64,000 nucleotides of DNA from Methanothermococcus sp. SCGC AD-155-E23 (lineage in GTDB: Archaea > AGJL01 > Methanococci > Methanococcales > Methanococcaceae), in NCBI GenBank assembly GCA_019561615.1, contig JAHEQA010000036.1, positions 27,335-91,334 of the forward strand. Reading direction: 5' to 3'. Position 1 is the stretch's first letter, and the number at the start of each line of letters is the position of its first letter. Under the pieces are notes generated by a model. That model was given only the letters and a program-made list of their open reading frames with translations. It was not told where the DNA came from and did no database searches. Of the stretch, positions 21,279 to 33,037 are shown piece after piece. The translations under genes were made by a program, and so were the position numbers.

Positions 21279-22813
21279 CTTACCACTACACCAGTTATGG
21301 ACCTTCTACCGTAATCTACCACCTTCACATCTACGAAGGTTCTAAGGTTTAGACCCTCCCCTTTTATACCTACCAGTATAGGGTAGGTGCCAAGTTGTCT
21401 GCCAAAGTATAGGTTTTTCTCCCTCACCTCTAACAGTACATCCCTTAAGATAGTACCCCTGGGAATTACCCTCTTCAACATAGGTTTATCTATCTCCTCC
21501 CTCACCTTCTCCTTAAAACTTAGAAATAGCTTCTTCCTCTTCATCGCCTTTTTAATATCTTTCATATCTATGTTGGTGCCGTAGTAGGGTACCACCTGTC
21601 TTATATTTATCCTTCGTAACATCAAACCCCTGTCGTATATCTCCTTCAGATACTGGTAGTTTATCTTGAAGGTCCTCTTGGACTCTCCCTTTAACCCAAA
21701 GAGTAGATTTATACCTGGAAGTAGATAGGGGAGGCCACTTGGACCCCTCCTACCTCCAATCTCGTTAAGTATCTCCACAGCCTTAAGGACATCCTCTGGG
21801 GTTGTTAAGAGGTTGTTCATCCTGATTACCTTCTCGTCGAAGCTTTCAACACCAAAGGCAGCCACATTTCCACTGGTACAGTACCTTACCAGTATCTTGG
21901 CAACCTCCCTACTCTTCTCTTCATGTCTTGCTATTACTGCGGGATTGGCGTTGTCTATATGGAGTACCTTTGGCCTAGTCCTACTCCAGATCCCCTTGAA
22001 TAATCTCTCTATAGCCTCAACGTTAGGTTTTGGCACCTCCTCCCTCTCACTCTCCAGGGACTTGTAGGAGAATATACAGGGTTGTCTACCTAGTCTGAAG
22101 TATCTAACACCTTGATTGTACAACGCCTCAATCTCCTCCACTATGTCCCTCTCCTCCCTGAACTTGGGAGCACCAAAACGTCTAGGCTCTGTACAGAAGG
22201 AACATCCTCCACTTAAATACCTTGAACATCCCCTGTAGGTCTCTATCTCTGCAACAACATAGGGATAATAGGGGTGCTCCCTCACTATCCTGGCCCCCTT
22301 TACTGCAAACTCCCTTATATCTCTGTAATCCCTAAGTTTACGGTACTCCCTGTCTACCTTCTCAAGGTTGAATCTGTTCTCTATAAGGTCAGAGAGGAGC
22401 ATCTCAAGGTCCCCTTCTGCAACGAGATGGAAAAATGATTTATACTTCTCCTCATCCTTTAAGGTACCCCCTTCCATGGAGGAACCAAATCTCGTCCCTG
22501 CAGGACCTCCCAGGATCTTAATACCCTGATAGTTGTAGAGTATGGAGACAATCTCCTTCAAGGTGGCAGGTGTGGCATTTAGATACTTTCCAGGTGTATG
22601 GGAGCCACATATAACTATTACAACATCGAACTTGTTTAAATTATATCCCTTTTTTAACTCCTCCCTTAACTTGTCTATTGTAATGTAGTGAACATCCCTG
22701 TATCCGTAGTGGTAGAGCACTCCGGCAGCGTATCTAGGGTATGTGCCTATATAGGGTGGCACCCCTAACCCTGCAGGTTCATCTGTGTATCCATCTAGAA
22801 TTAGAAATCTCAT
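21275..22813 (-). CDS. Radical SAM protein with C-terminal TRAM domain
   Basis: DGYTDEPAGLGVPPY, ETYRGC..CSFC, HIDNANP, TRAM-like C-terminus. Confidence 0.88.
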   Translation of the reverse strand: MRFLILDGYTDEPAGLGVPPYIGTYPRYAAGVLYHYGYRDVHYITIDKLREELKKGYNLNKFDVVIVICGSHTPGKYLNATPATLKEIVSILYNYQGIKILGGPAGTRFGSSMEGGTLKDEEKYKSFFHLVAEGDLEMLLSDLIENRFNLEKVDREYRKLRDYRDIREFAVKGARIVREHPYYPYVVAEIETYRGCSRYLSGGCSFCTEPRRFGAPKFREERDIVEEIEALYNQGVRYFRLGRQPCIFSYKSLESEREEVPKPNVEAIERLFKGIWSRTRPKVLHIDNANPAVIARHEEKSREVAKILVRYCTSGNVAAFGVESFDEKVIRMNNLLTTPEDVLKAVEILNEIGGRRGPSGLPYLLPGINLLFGLKGESKRTFKINYQYLKEIYDRGLMLRRINIRQVVPYYGTNIDMKDIKKAMKRKKLFLSFKEKVREEIDKPMLKRVIPRGTILRDVLLEVREKNLYFGRQLGTYPILVGIKGEGLNLRTFVDVKVVDYGRRSITGVVVS

Positions 22814-22826
22814 AATCCCACCTTAC

Positions 22827-22865
22827 CGTAAATTATTTATAGACATAGGGGGGAAAGATATTTCC
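22827..22865 (+). promoter_or_regulatory. glnA promoter with NrpR operator
   Basis: TTTATAGA at 22836-22843, then GGAA-AGATAT-TTCC at 22852-22865. NrpR control of glnA is established in Methanococcus. Confidence 0.85.
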
Positions 22866-22888
22866 GACAAAGAGGAGGGGTGTAGATA

Positions 22889-24238
22889 ATGGATCTACTT
22901 GAAAAGGCCCTTGAATACATAAAAACTAACGACGTTAAGTTTATAAGGTTCCAGTTTGTGGACATCCTAGGTGCCCCCAAGAACGTGGCCTATCCTGTAA
23001 AGGCTGGGGAGAAGGGTCTTGAGGAGTTAAGGGAGATATTTACAGAGGGTGTATACTTCGACGGTTCCTCAATTAAAGGTTTCGTTCCAATAGAGCACTC
23101 AGATATGCTGTTAAAACCTGATCTATCTACACTCTCTGTTCTACCCTGGAGACCTACAGAGAAGTCTGTTGCAAGGGTTATCTGTGACGTCTATACACCA
23201 GAGGGGAAACCCTTTGAGGGAGATCCAAGGGGTTGCCTCAAGAGGATATTGAACCAGTTGAAGGAGGATCTAAATGGGGAGTACTTCGTAGGTCCTGAAC
23301 CAGAGTTCTTCCTGGTAAAACCTGATCCCCACAACCCACATAGGATGATCCCTGCAGACATTGGAGGATACTTCGATATGGAGCCCCTGGACGAGGCCCC
23401 AGATATTAGAAGGGATATAGTACTAGCCCTTGAGAACCTAGGCTTCCACGTAGAGGCCTCCCACCACGAGGTAGCCCCTGGACAACATGAGGTAGATTTC
23501 AAGTTTGACAACGCCCTGAAAACTGCAGACAGTGTAATTACCTTTAAAACCACTGTAAAGATGATTGCAAAGAAACATGGGTTGATAGCAACCTTCATGC
23601 CAAAACCCTTCTACGGTATGAACGGTAACGGTATGCACTGCCACCAGAGTCTATGGTTAGATGGGAAGCCCTCCTTCTACGATGAAAATGGGCCATATCA
23701 GTTAAGTGAAACCTGTTTAAGTTATATAGCAGGTATCCTGGAGCATGCCAGGGCCATAGTTGCAGTAACAAACCCAACAGTTAACTCCTACAAGAGGTTG
23801 GTCCCAGGTTACGAGGCCCCTGTAAACATAGCCTGGGCAAACAAGAACAGAAGTGCCATAATAAGGGTACCTGCCATAAGGGGTAAAGGTACAAGGATCG
23901 AGTTCAGGGCACCAGATCCATCCTGTAACCCATACCTGGCATTTACAGTGATGCTGGCAGCTGGTCTAGATGGAATAAAGAAGAAGTTAACACCACCAGA
24001 GCCTGTGGAGAGGAATATATTCAAGATGAGTGAGAAGGAGAAGAAGGAGTTAGGTATTGAGGCTGTACCCTCTAACTTAAAGGAGGCACTTGACGAGCTG
24101 GAAAATGATACAGTGCTGAAGAAGGCACTGGGAGACCACATATACGAGAACTTCATGGAGATTAAAACTGCCGAGTGGGACAGTTTCAGAACTGCAGTTA
24201 CAGACTGGGAGACAAAGATGTACCTTGGAATACTCTAA
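22889..24238 (+). CDS. glnA: Glutamine synthetase type I
   Basis: FDGSSI, GPEPEF, HHEVAPGQHE, FMPKP..G.NGNGMH, NSYKRLVPGYEAP, RIEFR.PDP..NPYL. Confidence 0.98.
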   Translation: MDLLEKALEYIKTNDVKFIRFQFVDILGAPKNVAYPVKAGEKGLEELREIFTEGVYFDGSSIKGFVPIEHSDMLLKPDLSTLSVLPWRPTEKSVARVICDVYTPEGKPFEGDPRGCLKRILNQLKEDLNGEYFVGPEPEFFLVKPDPHNPHRMIPADIGGYFDMEPLDEAPDIRRDIVLALENLGFHVEASHHEVAPGQHEVDFKFDNALKTADSVITFKTTVKMIAKKHGLIATFMPKPFYGMNGNGMHCHQSLWLDGKPSFYDENGPYQLSETCLSYIAGILEHARAIVAVTNPTVNSYKRLVPGYEAPVNIAWANKNRSAIIRVPAIRGKGTRIEFRAPDPSCNPYLAFTVMLAAGLDGIKKKLTPPEPVERNIFKMSEKEKKELGIEAVPSNLKEALDELENDTVLKKALGDHIYENFMEIKTAEWDSFRTAVTDWETKMYLGIL

Positions 24239-24290
24239 TTACTTTTTTATTTTTTTAATTTTAATTTTCACACTTTTTTACTAATTTTTA
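24239..24290 (+). terminator. Probable oligo-T terminator of glnA
   Basis: Several T6-T7 runs right after the stop codon. Confidence 0.5.
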
Positions 24291-24300
24291 AGGTGGAAAG

Positions 24301-24828
24301 TTGAGGGGGTATATCGTTGACAACTTAGCTGGTATATTCCCCCGTGAGAAAAGTGTTTTAGACCTTTTCAAGGAGAGGATCAACAGGGCTATTGAGAAAG
24401 ATCAGGAGATCTCCTTTAAAATCGCTGTTGGATTTTTCTTTTTTGAGGGTTTTCAGAAGTTATATCCAGAACTTAAAAAGTTATATGAGAGAGGACTTCT
24501 TAAGGAGTTTAAACTTGTAATGGGGCCAGAAACTAGAAGGACTACCAAGGAAGTTTTGGAGGCCTTGAAAAGTGATGGAGCAGTGCTTAACAGTGAGGCC
24601 TTTAACTTTCTAAGGGAGTTGTACAACAGTGGGAGGTTTGACTTCAGAGTGTTCCTAGATAGAAACTTCCATATAAAATTATACCTCTTTGAGATTGGAG
24701 ATGAAATAGAGATATGGGCAGGTTCTGCAAATTTAACTAGAGGTGGGTTGGAGAGAAATATCGAGTTGATAGTCCCTGTATCTGCATTAACCTTTGAGGA
24801 TAGGGATCTCTATAGGGAGTTTTTTTGA
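24301..24828 (+). CDS. Phospholipase D-family nuclease domain (5' part of a frameshifted PLD-helicase)
   Basis: IAVGFF, FHIKLYLFE (HxK), GSANLT..GL..NIEL. Stops at a T7 tract. Confidence 0.85.
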   Translation: MRGYIVDNLAGIFPREKSVLDLFKERINRAIEKDQEISFKIAVGFFFFEGFQKLYPELKKLYERGLLKEFKLVMGPETRRTTKEVLEALKSDGAVLNSEAFNFLRELYNSGRFDFRVFLDRNFHIKLYLFEIGDEIEIWAGSANLTRGGLERNIELIVPVSALTFEDRDLYREFF

Positions 24829-27310
24829 GGAGATATGGAAGAGATCCACAGATAGAGTGGAGGATTTAGAGGTAATAGATGTAATTGGAAAGGCCTCCAC
24901 CTCTGAGGCTATCTACCTACATCCAAGGGATTTTATAGCAAACCTAATAAGGATCCTCAATAAAGGCTACCTTGTTAAGAATATAAGTGCAGACCTCTCC
25001 TATCTGGCAGAGTTTCAGTATATGAGTTACTACCTCTGTATAGACAAGTTAAATAGATACGGTGGATGTATCCTGGCCAACTCCTTTGGCTTAGGTAAAA
25101 CTGACGTTGGGTGTATGGTAGCAAAGTACTACAAGGAGTTGGGTAAGAGGGTTTTGATTATCCATCCTCCAGTATTAAGGGAGCACTGGAAGAAAACCCT
25201 GGAGAAGGTTGGACTAAAAGAGGGGGATGTTGAACTACTGTCAAGGGGTAAACTTCAGAAGGGGGATTTCGACTACGAGAGATATACAGGTGTTGATCTA
25301 ATTGTGGTAGATGAGGCCCACCACTTCAGGGTTTCAAGACCAAAGTCCAATAGAAGGGGGAACTTAGAAAACATAGTAAAGGTCAACCCAGAGTCCCATG
25401 TACTTCTCATCACCGCCACACCGATAAATATCTCCCTTCTCGATTTCATAGATCTAGTAAAACTTTTTGTTAAGGGGAGATACAAGGAGAGGTTTGAATC
25501 GGAAGGTATCCTTGCCAAAATGAAGGAGGTGGAAAGGGATATTAAAAAAGGAAGTATAACCCAGGAGACCATTAAGAAGTTAAATGAATTGATAAAGGTG
25601 TTTTCCGTAAGGATAGAGTGGCCAGACCTCCCACTTTACTTCAAGGAGGATCTTAAAAAAATTGCAGGTGTCGAGGATATAGAGGAGCCAGATGTAGTCC
25701 CTGTTAACTACAGGTACGACGAGGAAATTGCAAGTAAGATCTTCGATGAAGTTATACCCTTTCTAAGCCAGGTTAACTATGAGTATACGAAGCTGTGGGA
25801 GGGAGTATATAGGGAGGACAAGAACCTGATATGGTGGTATAAGTGGAGACTTTACAAGAGGCTTGAAAGTAGTATAATGGCATTTAAGGTAAGCTTGGAA
25901 AATTTTTACAGGAGAAATAGATTCCTTCTGGCATTCCTCAGGAAGGTTGCTGTTAATCCGGGATACTGGGAAGACACCACATTATTCAGCAAGAGTAGGC
26001 TGGAGAATATAAAAAATACATTTCTCTCCCTTCCAGATTCAAAGAGGGAAGAAGTCCTGAAGAGGATTGAGGAGGATATAGATACCAGTAGGAGGATGTT
26101 AGACAGTATTGAGGGTATTGAAAATCTTGAGGAGAGAGATGAGAAGATAAATAAACTCCTTGAGATCCTTGAAAGGGAGAAGAAGCCAACGATTGTATTC
26201 TCTGAGTCAAAGGATACAGTGATCTACATAGGGAAGAGACTTGAAAGGCATGGGAAGTTTAAGTTCAAAGTTATCTACGGTGGAGAGGATTCCTCCAATA
26301 AGAAAGAAAGGGTAGAGAGGGAGTTTAACGAGGGTAAATTTGACATCCTCGTTACTACAGACGTGTTAAGTGAAGGTGTCAATCTACCTAGGGCCGATGT
26401 AGTTATAAATTTCGACCTCCCTTACAACCCTGTCCGACTTATCCAAAGGGCTGGAAGGGCTATAAGGATAAACAACCCTAAGAAGATTACAATATACAAC
26501 TTTGTACCTGATGAAAGGATTGATAAGGAGTTGGAACTCTGTGAGAGACTTGCCGAAAGGATAGAGATTATAATCTCAACTATTGGTCTGGACTTCCTTA
26601 TCTGGGCTATGGAGAGAGGTAAGTTAGAAGAGATATCTGAAAAGAATAGAAGGAGAACTGTGGAGCTGATAAGGGAGTACAAGTGTATGCTGGCAAGTAA
26701 GGACCCTCTAGAACTTGGTATGAGATTACCTCCTACACTCTCAAAGGAGGACAGGGCACTGAGAGATTTTATAAAGTTCTGGAACATCTCGGAGGAAACT
26801 GTTGAATCCCGGGCCAGGACATATGGAAAACCCATATTCACCTCCCTGAAGAGGGTGGGGAGGGAGAGATACTTTGTTGTTTTTAAGTATAGAGGATCCA
26901 TCTATACCCTGGGTGATTTGACCTTTTCTGATAAGGTGGCGGAGGGGAAAATAAGTAGGGAGGAGTTGGAGGAGATAAAGAGTTTAGTAGCGGAAAAGTG
27001 TTTAGAGATGGACAGGGAGTTTCTGAAGATAAGTTATAGAGATAGGGACAGGATCACCAGGGAGATAGAGAGGATACTAGAGGGAATGGAGAGGTTGAAG
27101 AAGATATTTAGAGATGTTGATATATCCACCCTCCCAAGGAGGGAGAAGGAGGACATTTTAAAAGCCCTGAAAAAGATTGAGAAAACTCCACCTTGGAGGA
27201 GGGAGGGGGAGATAAGGAAGTTAGAGAGTAAAGTAGAGCAGTTAAAGAGTAGAGGACATCAAAGAGTTCTAGATGAACCTGAGATTTTGGCCATACTGAA
27301 ATACACATAA
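24794..27310 (+). CDS. SNF2/SF2 helicase (3' part of a frameshifted PLD-helicase)
   Basis: GLGKT, VVDEAH, ITATP, TTDVLSEGVNL, DLPYNP, QRAGR. It is in the +1 frame relative to the PLD ORF. Confidence 0.88.
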   Translation: MRIGISIGSFFEEIWKRSTDRVEDLEVIDVIGKASTSEAIYLHPRDFIANLIRILNKGYLVKNISADLSYLAEFQYMSYYLCIDKLNRYGGCILANSFGLGKTDVGCMVAKYYKELGKRVLIIHPPVLREHWKKTLEKVGLKEGDVELLSRGKLQKGDFDYERYTGVDLIVVDEAHHFRVSRPKSNRRGNLENIVKVNPESHVLLITATPINISLLDFIDLVKLFVKGRYKERFESEGILAKMKEVERDIKKGSITQETIKKLNELIKVFSVRIEWPDLPLYFKEDLKKIAGVEDIEEPDVVPVNYRYDEEIASKIFDEVIPFLSQVNYEYTKLWEGVYREDKNLIWWYKWRLYKRLESSIMAFKVSLENFYRRNRFLLAFLRKVAVNPGYWEDTTLFSKSRLENIKNTFLSLPDSKREEVLKRIEEDIDTSRRMLDSIEGIENLEERDEKINKLLEILEREKKPTIVFSESKDTVIYIGKRLERHGKFKFKVIYGGEDSSNKKERVEREFNEGKFDILVTTDVLSEGVNLPRADVVINFDLPYNPVRLIQRAGRAIRINNPKKITIYNFVPDERIDKELELCERLAERIEIIISTIGLDFLIWAMERGKLEEISEKNRRRTVELIREYKCMLASKDPLELGMRLPPTLSKEDRALRDFIKFWNISEETVESRARTYGKPIFTSLKRVGRERYFVVFKYRGSIYTLGDLTFSDKVAEGKISREELEEIKSLVAEKCLEMDREFLKISYRDRDRITREIERILEGMERLKKIFRDVDISTLPRREKEDILKALKKIEKTPPWRREGEIRKLESKVEQLKSRGHQRVLDEPEILAILKYT

Positions 27311-27320
27311 GGGTGATAAT

Positions 27321-30300
27321 TTGGTAAAGTATAACCTGGATTATTTGAAGAGAAAGGGATTCTTTAAAAGGGCCATCCCGCTGGAGGATGTTGAGGGGGT
27401 GCTAGTTGACCAGGAGAATATGCTGGCCTATGTGGAGGTTTCCTCCAGGGAGGAGGTTGAGAGGATAAGGAAGAAGTTACTACCCTTAAAGGTTAACTAT
27501 ATCTGGTTTTACTTTCCATCTACAGGGAAGTTAAAAGTCTTTAGAAGGATAGGTGAGATTAAGTGGTTCTACTACTCGCCCAACATGAGGAAAGACTACA
27601 GGAAAAGTAGAGAGGATAAGCTAAGGAAATTCTCCCCTGACAACATGAATATCCTCTTTGATATCAGGGATATTGTAGAGAAGTTCTACTGGGAGTTGTG
27701 GGAGCATAGGATCCTAATGGCCAAAAGTATAAGGGAGTTGAAGGAGGATAGAAACAAACTTCTCGTTGTTCAACGTTTTATCGACAGACTTATCTTCTTC
27801 TACTTCCTGGCCCAGTTGAAGCTTATAAAGATAAAGAGCGGGGGGATGGAGTGGGTCCTAGACAGGAGGAATACAAGGGAGTTCTTCCAGTGGATCTGTA
27901 ATCAACTTAATGATAAGGAGCTACAGGATTTTCTCAACAGGATATTTTTCGACGTTCTAGGAAAGACTAACGAGAGGGGTTTTATCTCAGAGGAGTTTGA
28001 GGTTGGAGGGGAGAGGTTCTCCATCCTTTCACCCTGTTTAAATGGAGGGTTGTTCATCGAGGAGAAGTTTGAAGGTATCCCAGAGAGAAAGATCAGAATC
28101 TCTGGGATAAAAGAGTTGATCCTCAATGTCCTTAACAACTACAACTGGATAATTGGAGAGGAGCTTCCAGAGGAGGAGGATGTTGTTGGAGATTTAACAC
28201 CTGAGGTTATTGGACATATCTACGAGAAGTTTGTAGTCTCCCTGGAACAGATAGGACTGGGAAAGATAAAGTTGGAGGATATTCAGACTGTGAGGAGAGA
28301 GCTAAGATATGGTAGGAAGAAAATAGGCGCCTACTACACCCCTGAGGAGATCACCAACTACATCTCCATGAATACCATCTACCCCTATATCAGAGACAAA
28401 TTAGGGGAGAGGTTTGGTAGTAAAGGGGAGGCCCTATTTGACAACCTCTTTAATAAGGAGGATTTTAGCAGGGAGGAACTGGAGATATTAAAGTACCTCT
28501 ACTTTGAAGTGTTAACAAAGTTAAGGATCTGTGATAACGCCTGTGGTTCAGGGAGTTTTTTAATCGCCGCCGGAGATATCCTACTTGGGCTGTACACTAG
28601 GGTTTTGAAAATTTTGGAGGAGCATCTAGGTGAAGATAGAGATGTTAAAAAGATTCTAGAAGAGATGGAAAAATCTCCAACAAGGAATTACTACATAGTT
28701 AGGCAGATAATTATAAACAACCTCTACGGAGTAGACTTAATGGAGGGGGCAGTTGAGATCGCCAAGTTAAGGTTTTGGCTCTGGCTGATATCCCAGGTTG
28801 ACCCTAAAAGTATTGAGGGTAAAAGGATTGAAACACTGCCAAATCTAGACTACAACTTAATGGTAGGTAACAGCCTCATTGGATATGTGGACATTGAGGA
28901 TGTGGATTTGGACTTTATAGCTCATAAAACTTTAGACTCCTGGTTGGGAATTAGTAAGGTGGAATGGCTTAAAAACCTGGCTAAAAAGATAAGGGAGTTT
29001 AAGACCCTACCATCTCACGAGGCTGTAAAATTAAAGGAGAAATTAAATAGAGAGTTGGAGAAAGGGAGGGAGTTCTTAAATGAGAAGTTCTACAATATGT
29101 TGAAGGCTAAGGGGGTTAAGATCTCCAAGGAGGAGTTTTTAAATTTGAAACCCTTCCACTGGGGCTTTGAGTTCTATGAAGTTTTTGATTTGGAAAAACC
29201 TAAGGAGGAAAGGGGTTTTGATATTATAATAGGGAATCCACCTTATGTAAGACAGGAGAAAATCAAAGAGATTAAGCCAATTCTGTCATGTCTTTATGAA
29301 ACTTTTGAAGGTAGAGCAGATATTTTTGTCTATTTCATCGAGAGATCTATTCAAACACTTCATAACAACGGGTATTTTAGTTATATAGTATCCAACAAAT
29401 GGTTAAGAGCCAAATATGCAAAGAAATTAAGAAAATTCTTAATAAACAATACCGTTATTAACCAAATAGTTGATTTTAGAGGAGTGAAGGTATTTTCCGA
29501 TCCGACGGTTGATGTATGTATTTTAGTCTGTAAGAAGTCTCCAGTAGCTGATAATTACAAGATATTTGTTGCCCAGCCTCATTCTGTAGAGGATCTGATA
29601 AATAACATAAAAAAGATTGGATTCTATTTGGATGTGAACACCCTAAAAGATGCTGAGATATGGAGTCTTTATAGGCCAGAAATTTTGGAAATAAAAGAGT
29701 GGATAGAGGATGTTGGAGTGCCTTTAAAGGATTTAGATGTTAAAATATACCGTGGTATAACTACTGGTTTTAATAAAGCGTTTATTATTGATGAAGAAAC
29801 AAGGAAAAAATTAATTGAAGAAGACCCAAAAAGTGAGGAATTAATTAAACCTGTCCTTAGAGGAAGGGACATTGGAAGGTATTATGTGAAGTGGGACAGA
29901 AAATGGATAATTTGTACCTTTCCAGCATTAAAAATAGATATAGAAAAATACCCTGCTATTAAAGAATATTTAAGTAGCTTTGGAGAGAGGTTACTTCAAG
30001 ATGGAAAACCTGGTCATAGAAAAAAAACATCTAATAAGTGGTTTGAAACCCAAGACCAGATAGCCTATTATCCAGAATTTAAAAAACCTAAAATAATATG
30101 GCAGGAAATTGTTAGAAAGCCAGGTTTTTATTTTGATAATGGGTATTTCTACCAAGAGGCTACATGCTTTTTAATGACAGGAAAAGATGTAAATAAAAAT
30201 TTATTGCTACTATTGAATTCTAAACCTTTGGGGTTTATATTTAAAGCTTTTTATAGTGGAGGAGGTCTAGGAGATAAAACCTATAGGTACAAGAAGTATT

Positions 30301-30773
30301 ATTTAGAAAAATTGCCTATCCGACTCCCACCAACCCAACAACCCTTCATCACCCTAGCCAATTACATGCTCTTCCTAAATGCAACAGAGGAGAGAAGAAA
30401 GAAAGAGAGGGAACTTATAGAGTTTATAGATAGGGAAATAATCGACTCCCTAGTCTATGAGCTATACTTCAAAGAAAAATTCCATGAGGATAAATTATAT
30501 CCAGAACCAAAGGAGTACCTTCTATATTCCATCTCCAAATACTTAAAACCCATTGACTACGATCTCTGGGCTGAGCTCTACTGGAAAAAGGAGTTAGAAG
30601 GAGAATTAGATAAAGAGGAAGAAAATAAGATGAAAGAACTGGAAGAGAAGAATCTAGAGACAATCAGGGAAGTTGTTGAAAATATCAAAAAAGACAGGGA
30701 GATCTTAAGGCAGATAGATAGGATAAAATCCCACCCCTGGGTTAAAACTGTTGAGGAAGAGGATTCCAGTTAA
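27321..30773 (+). CDS. Eco57I/TaqI-like N6-adenine DNA methyltransferase with C-terminal specificity domain
   Basis: GAYYTP, DNACGSGSFL (motif I), YGVD, LPNLD.N..GNSL, PFHW..EF, GNPPY (motif IV), TaqI_C-like region. Confidence 0.92.
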   Translation: MVKYNLDYLKRKGFFKRAIPLEDVEGVLVDQENMLAYVEVSSREEVERIRKKLLPLKVNYIWFYFPSTGKLKVFRRIGEIKWFYYSPNMRKDYRKSREDKLRKFSPDNMNILFDIRDIVEKFYWELWEHRILMAKSIRELKEDRNKLLVVQRFIDRLIFFYFLAQLKLIKIKSGGMEWVLDRRNTREFFQWICNQLNDKELQDFLNRIFFDVLGKTNERGFISEEFEVGGERFSILSPCLNGGLFIEEKFEGIPERKIRISGIKELILNVLNNYNWIIGEELPEEEDVVGDLTPEVIGHIYEKFVVSLEQIGLGKIKLEDIQTVRRELRYGRKKIGAYYTPEEITNYISMNTIYPYIRDKLGERFGSKGEALFDNLFNKEDFSREELEILKYLYFEVLTKLRICDNACGSGSFLIAAGDILLGLYTRVLKILEEHLGEDRDVKKILEEMEKSPTRNYYIVRQIIINNLYGVDLMEGAVEIAKLRFWLWLISQVDPKSIEGKRIETLPNLDYNLMVGNSLIGYVDIEDVDLDFIAHKTLDSWLGISKVEWLKNLAKKIREFKTLPSHEAVKLKEKLNRELEKGREFLNEKFYNMLKAKGVKISKEEFLNLKPFHWGFEFYEVFDLEKPKEERGFDIIIGNPPYVRQEKIKEIKPILSCLYETFEGRADIFVYFIERSIQTLHNNGYFSYIVSNKWLRAKYAKKLRKFLINNTVINQIVDFRGVKVFSDPTVDVCILVCKKSPVADNYKIFVAQPHSVEDLINNIKKIGFYLDVNTLKDAEIWSLYRPEILEIKEWIEDVGVPLKDLDVKIYRGITTGFNKAFIIDEETRKKLIEEDPKSEELIKPVLRGRDIGRYYVKWDRKWIICTFPALKIDIEKYPAIKEYLSSFGERLLQDGKPGHRKKTSNKWFETQDQIAYYPEFKKPKIIWQEIVRKPGFYFDNGYFYQEATCFLMTGKDVNKNLLLLLNSKPLGFIFKAFYSGGGLGDKTYRYKKYYLEKLPIRLPPTQQPFITLANYMLFLNATEERRKKERELIEFIDREIIDSLVYELYFKEKFHEDKLYPEPKEYLLYSISKYLKPIDYDLWAELYWKKELEGELDKEEENKMKELEEKNLETIREVVENIKKDREILRQIDRIKSHPWVKTVEEEDSS

Positions 30774-31117
30774 ATATTAAATTTTTTAAGTAACTCCTCT
30801 GCAATGTCTCCAAAGATTGGGAACTTATATCTCTCACCCTGATACGCTTTACAGATACCTAGTATCCACAGGGCTATTTCTATAAGGGTTATCATTAAAG
30901 TTATTGGGCCCCCAATAAATGGTATATGTACCGTTACTACTTTTACTATCCTTAAAGTTAGGAAGGTCACAATAGATTGCATTGCATGAAATTTAATAAA
31001 GTCATTTTCCCTCTCCAACACTAGAAACAAGATACCAGTAATCTCTTCTAGTAAATAGCAGAGTACACCTTCAATATTTTCTTCTAGGCCAAGTCTAGTT
31101 TTTGACATTAAAGACAC
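30770..31117 (-). CDS. DUF4870-family membrane protein
   Basis: GLEENIEG.LCY, FHAMQS, KAYQGERYKFPIFG. Confidence 0.8.
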   Translation of the reverse strand: MSLMSKTRLGLEENIEGVLCYLLEEITGILFLVLERENDFIKFHAMQSIVTFLTLRIVKVVTVHIPFIGGPITLMITLIEIALWILGICKAYQGERYKFPIFGDIAEELLKKFNI

Positions 31118-31177
31118 CTCTATTTTTTAATTTTAAATATCATTAAGGTAATAGTTCTATAAAAAACCTCGATCCCT

Positions 31178-33034
<1,857 letters not shown>

Positions 33035-33037
33035 AAC

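Noticed and set aside
24826-24828. Selenocysteine read-through of the PLD ORF UGA
   Set aside because: The helicase continues in the +1 frame, not in frame, and no SECIS is evident.
24301-30773. Complete DISARM, BREX or type I/III R-M system
   Set aside because: No drmA/drmB, pglZ/brxC or hsdS genes, and the methyltransferase is not a type III Mod.
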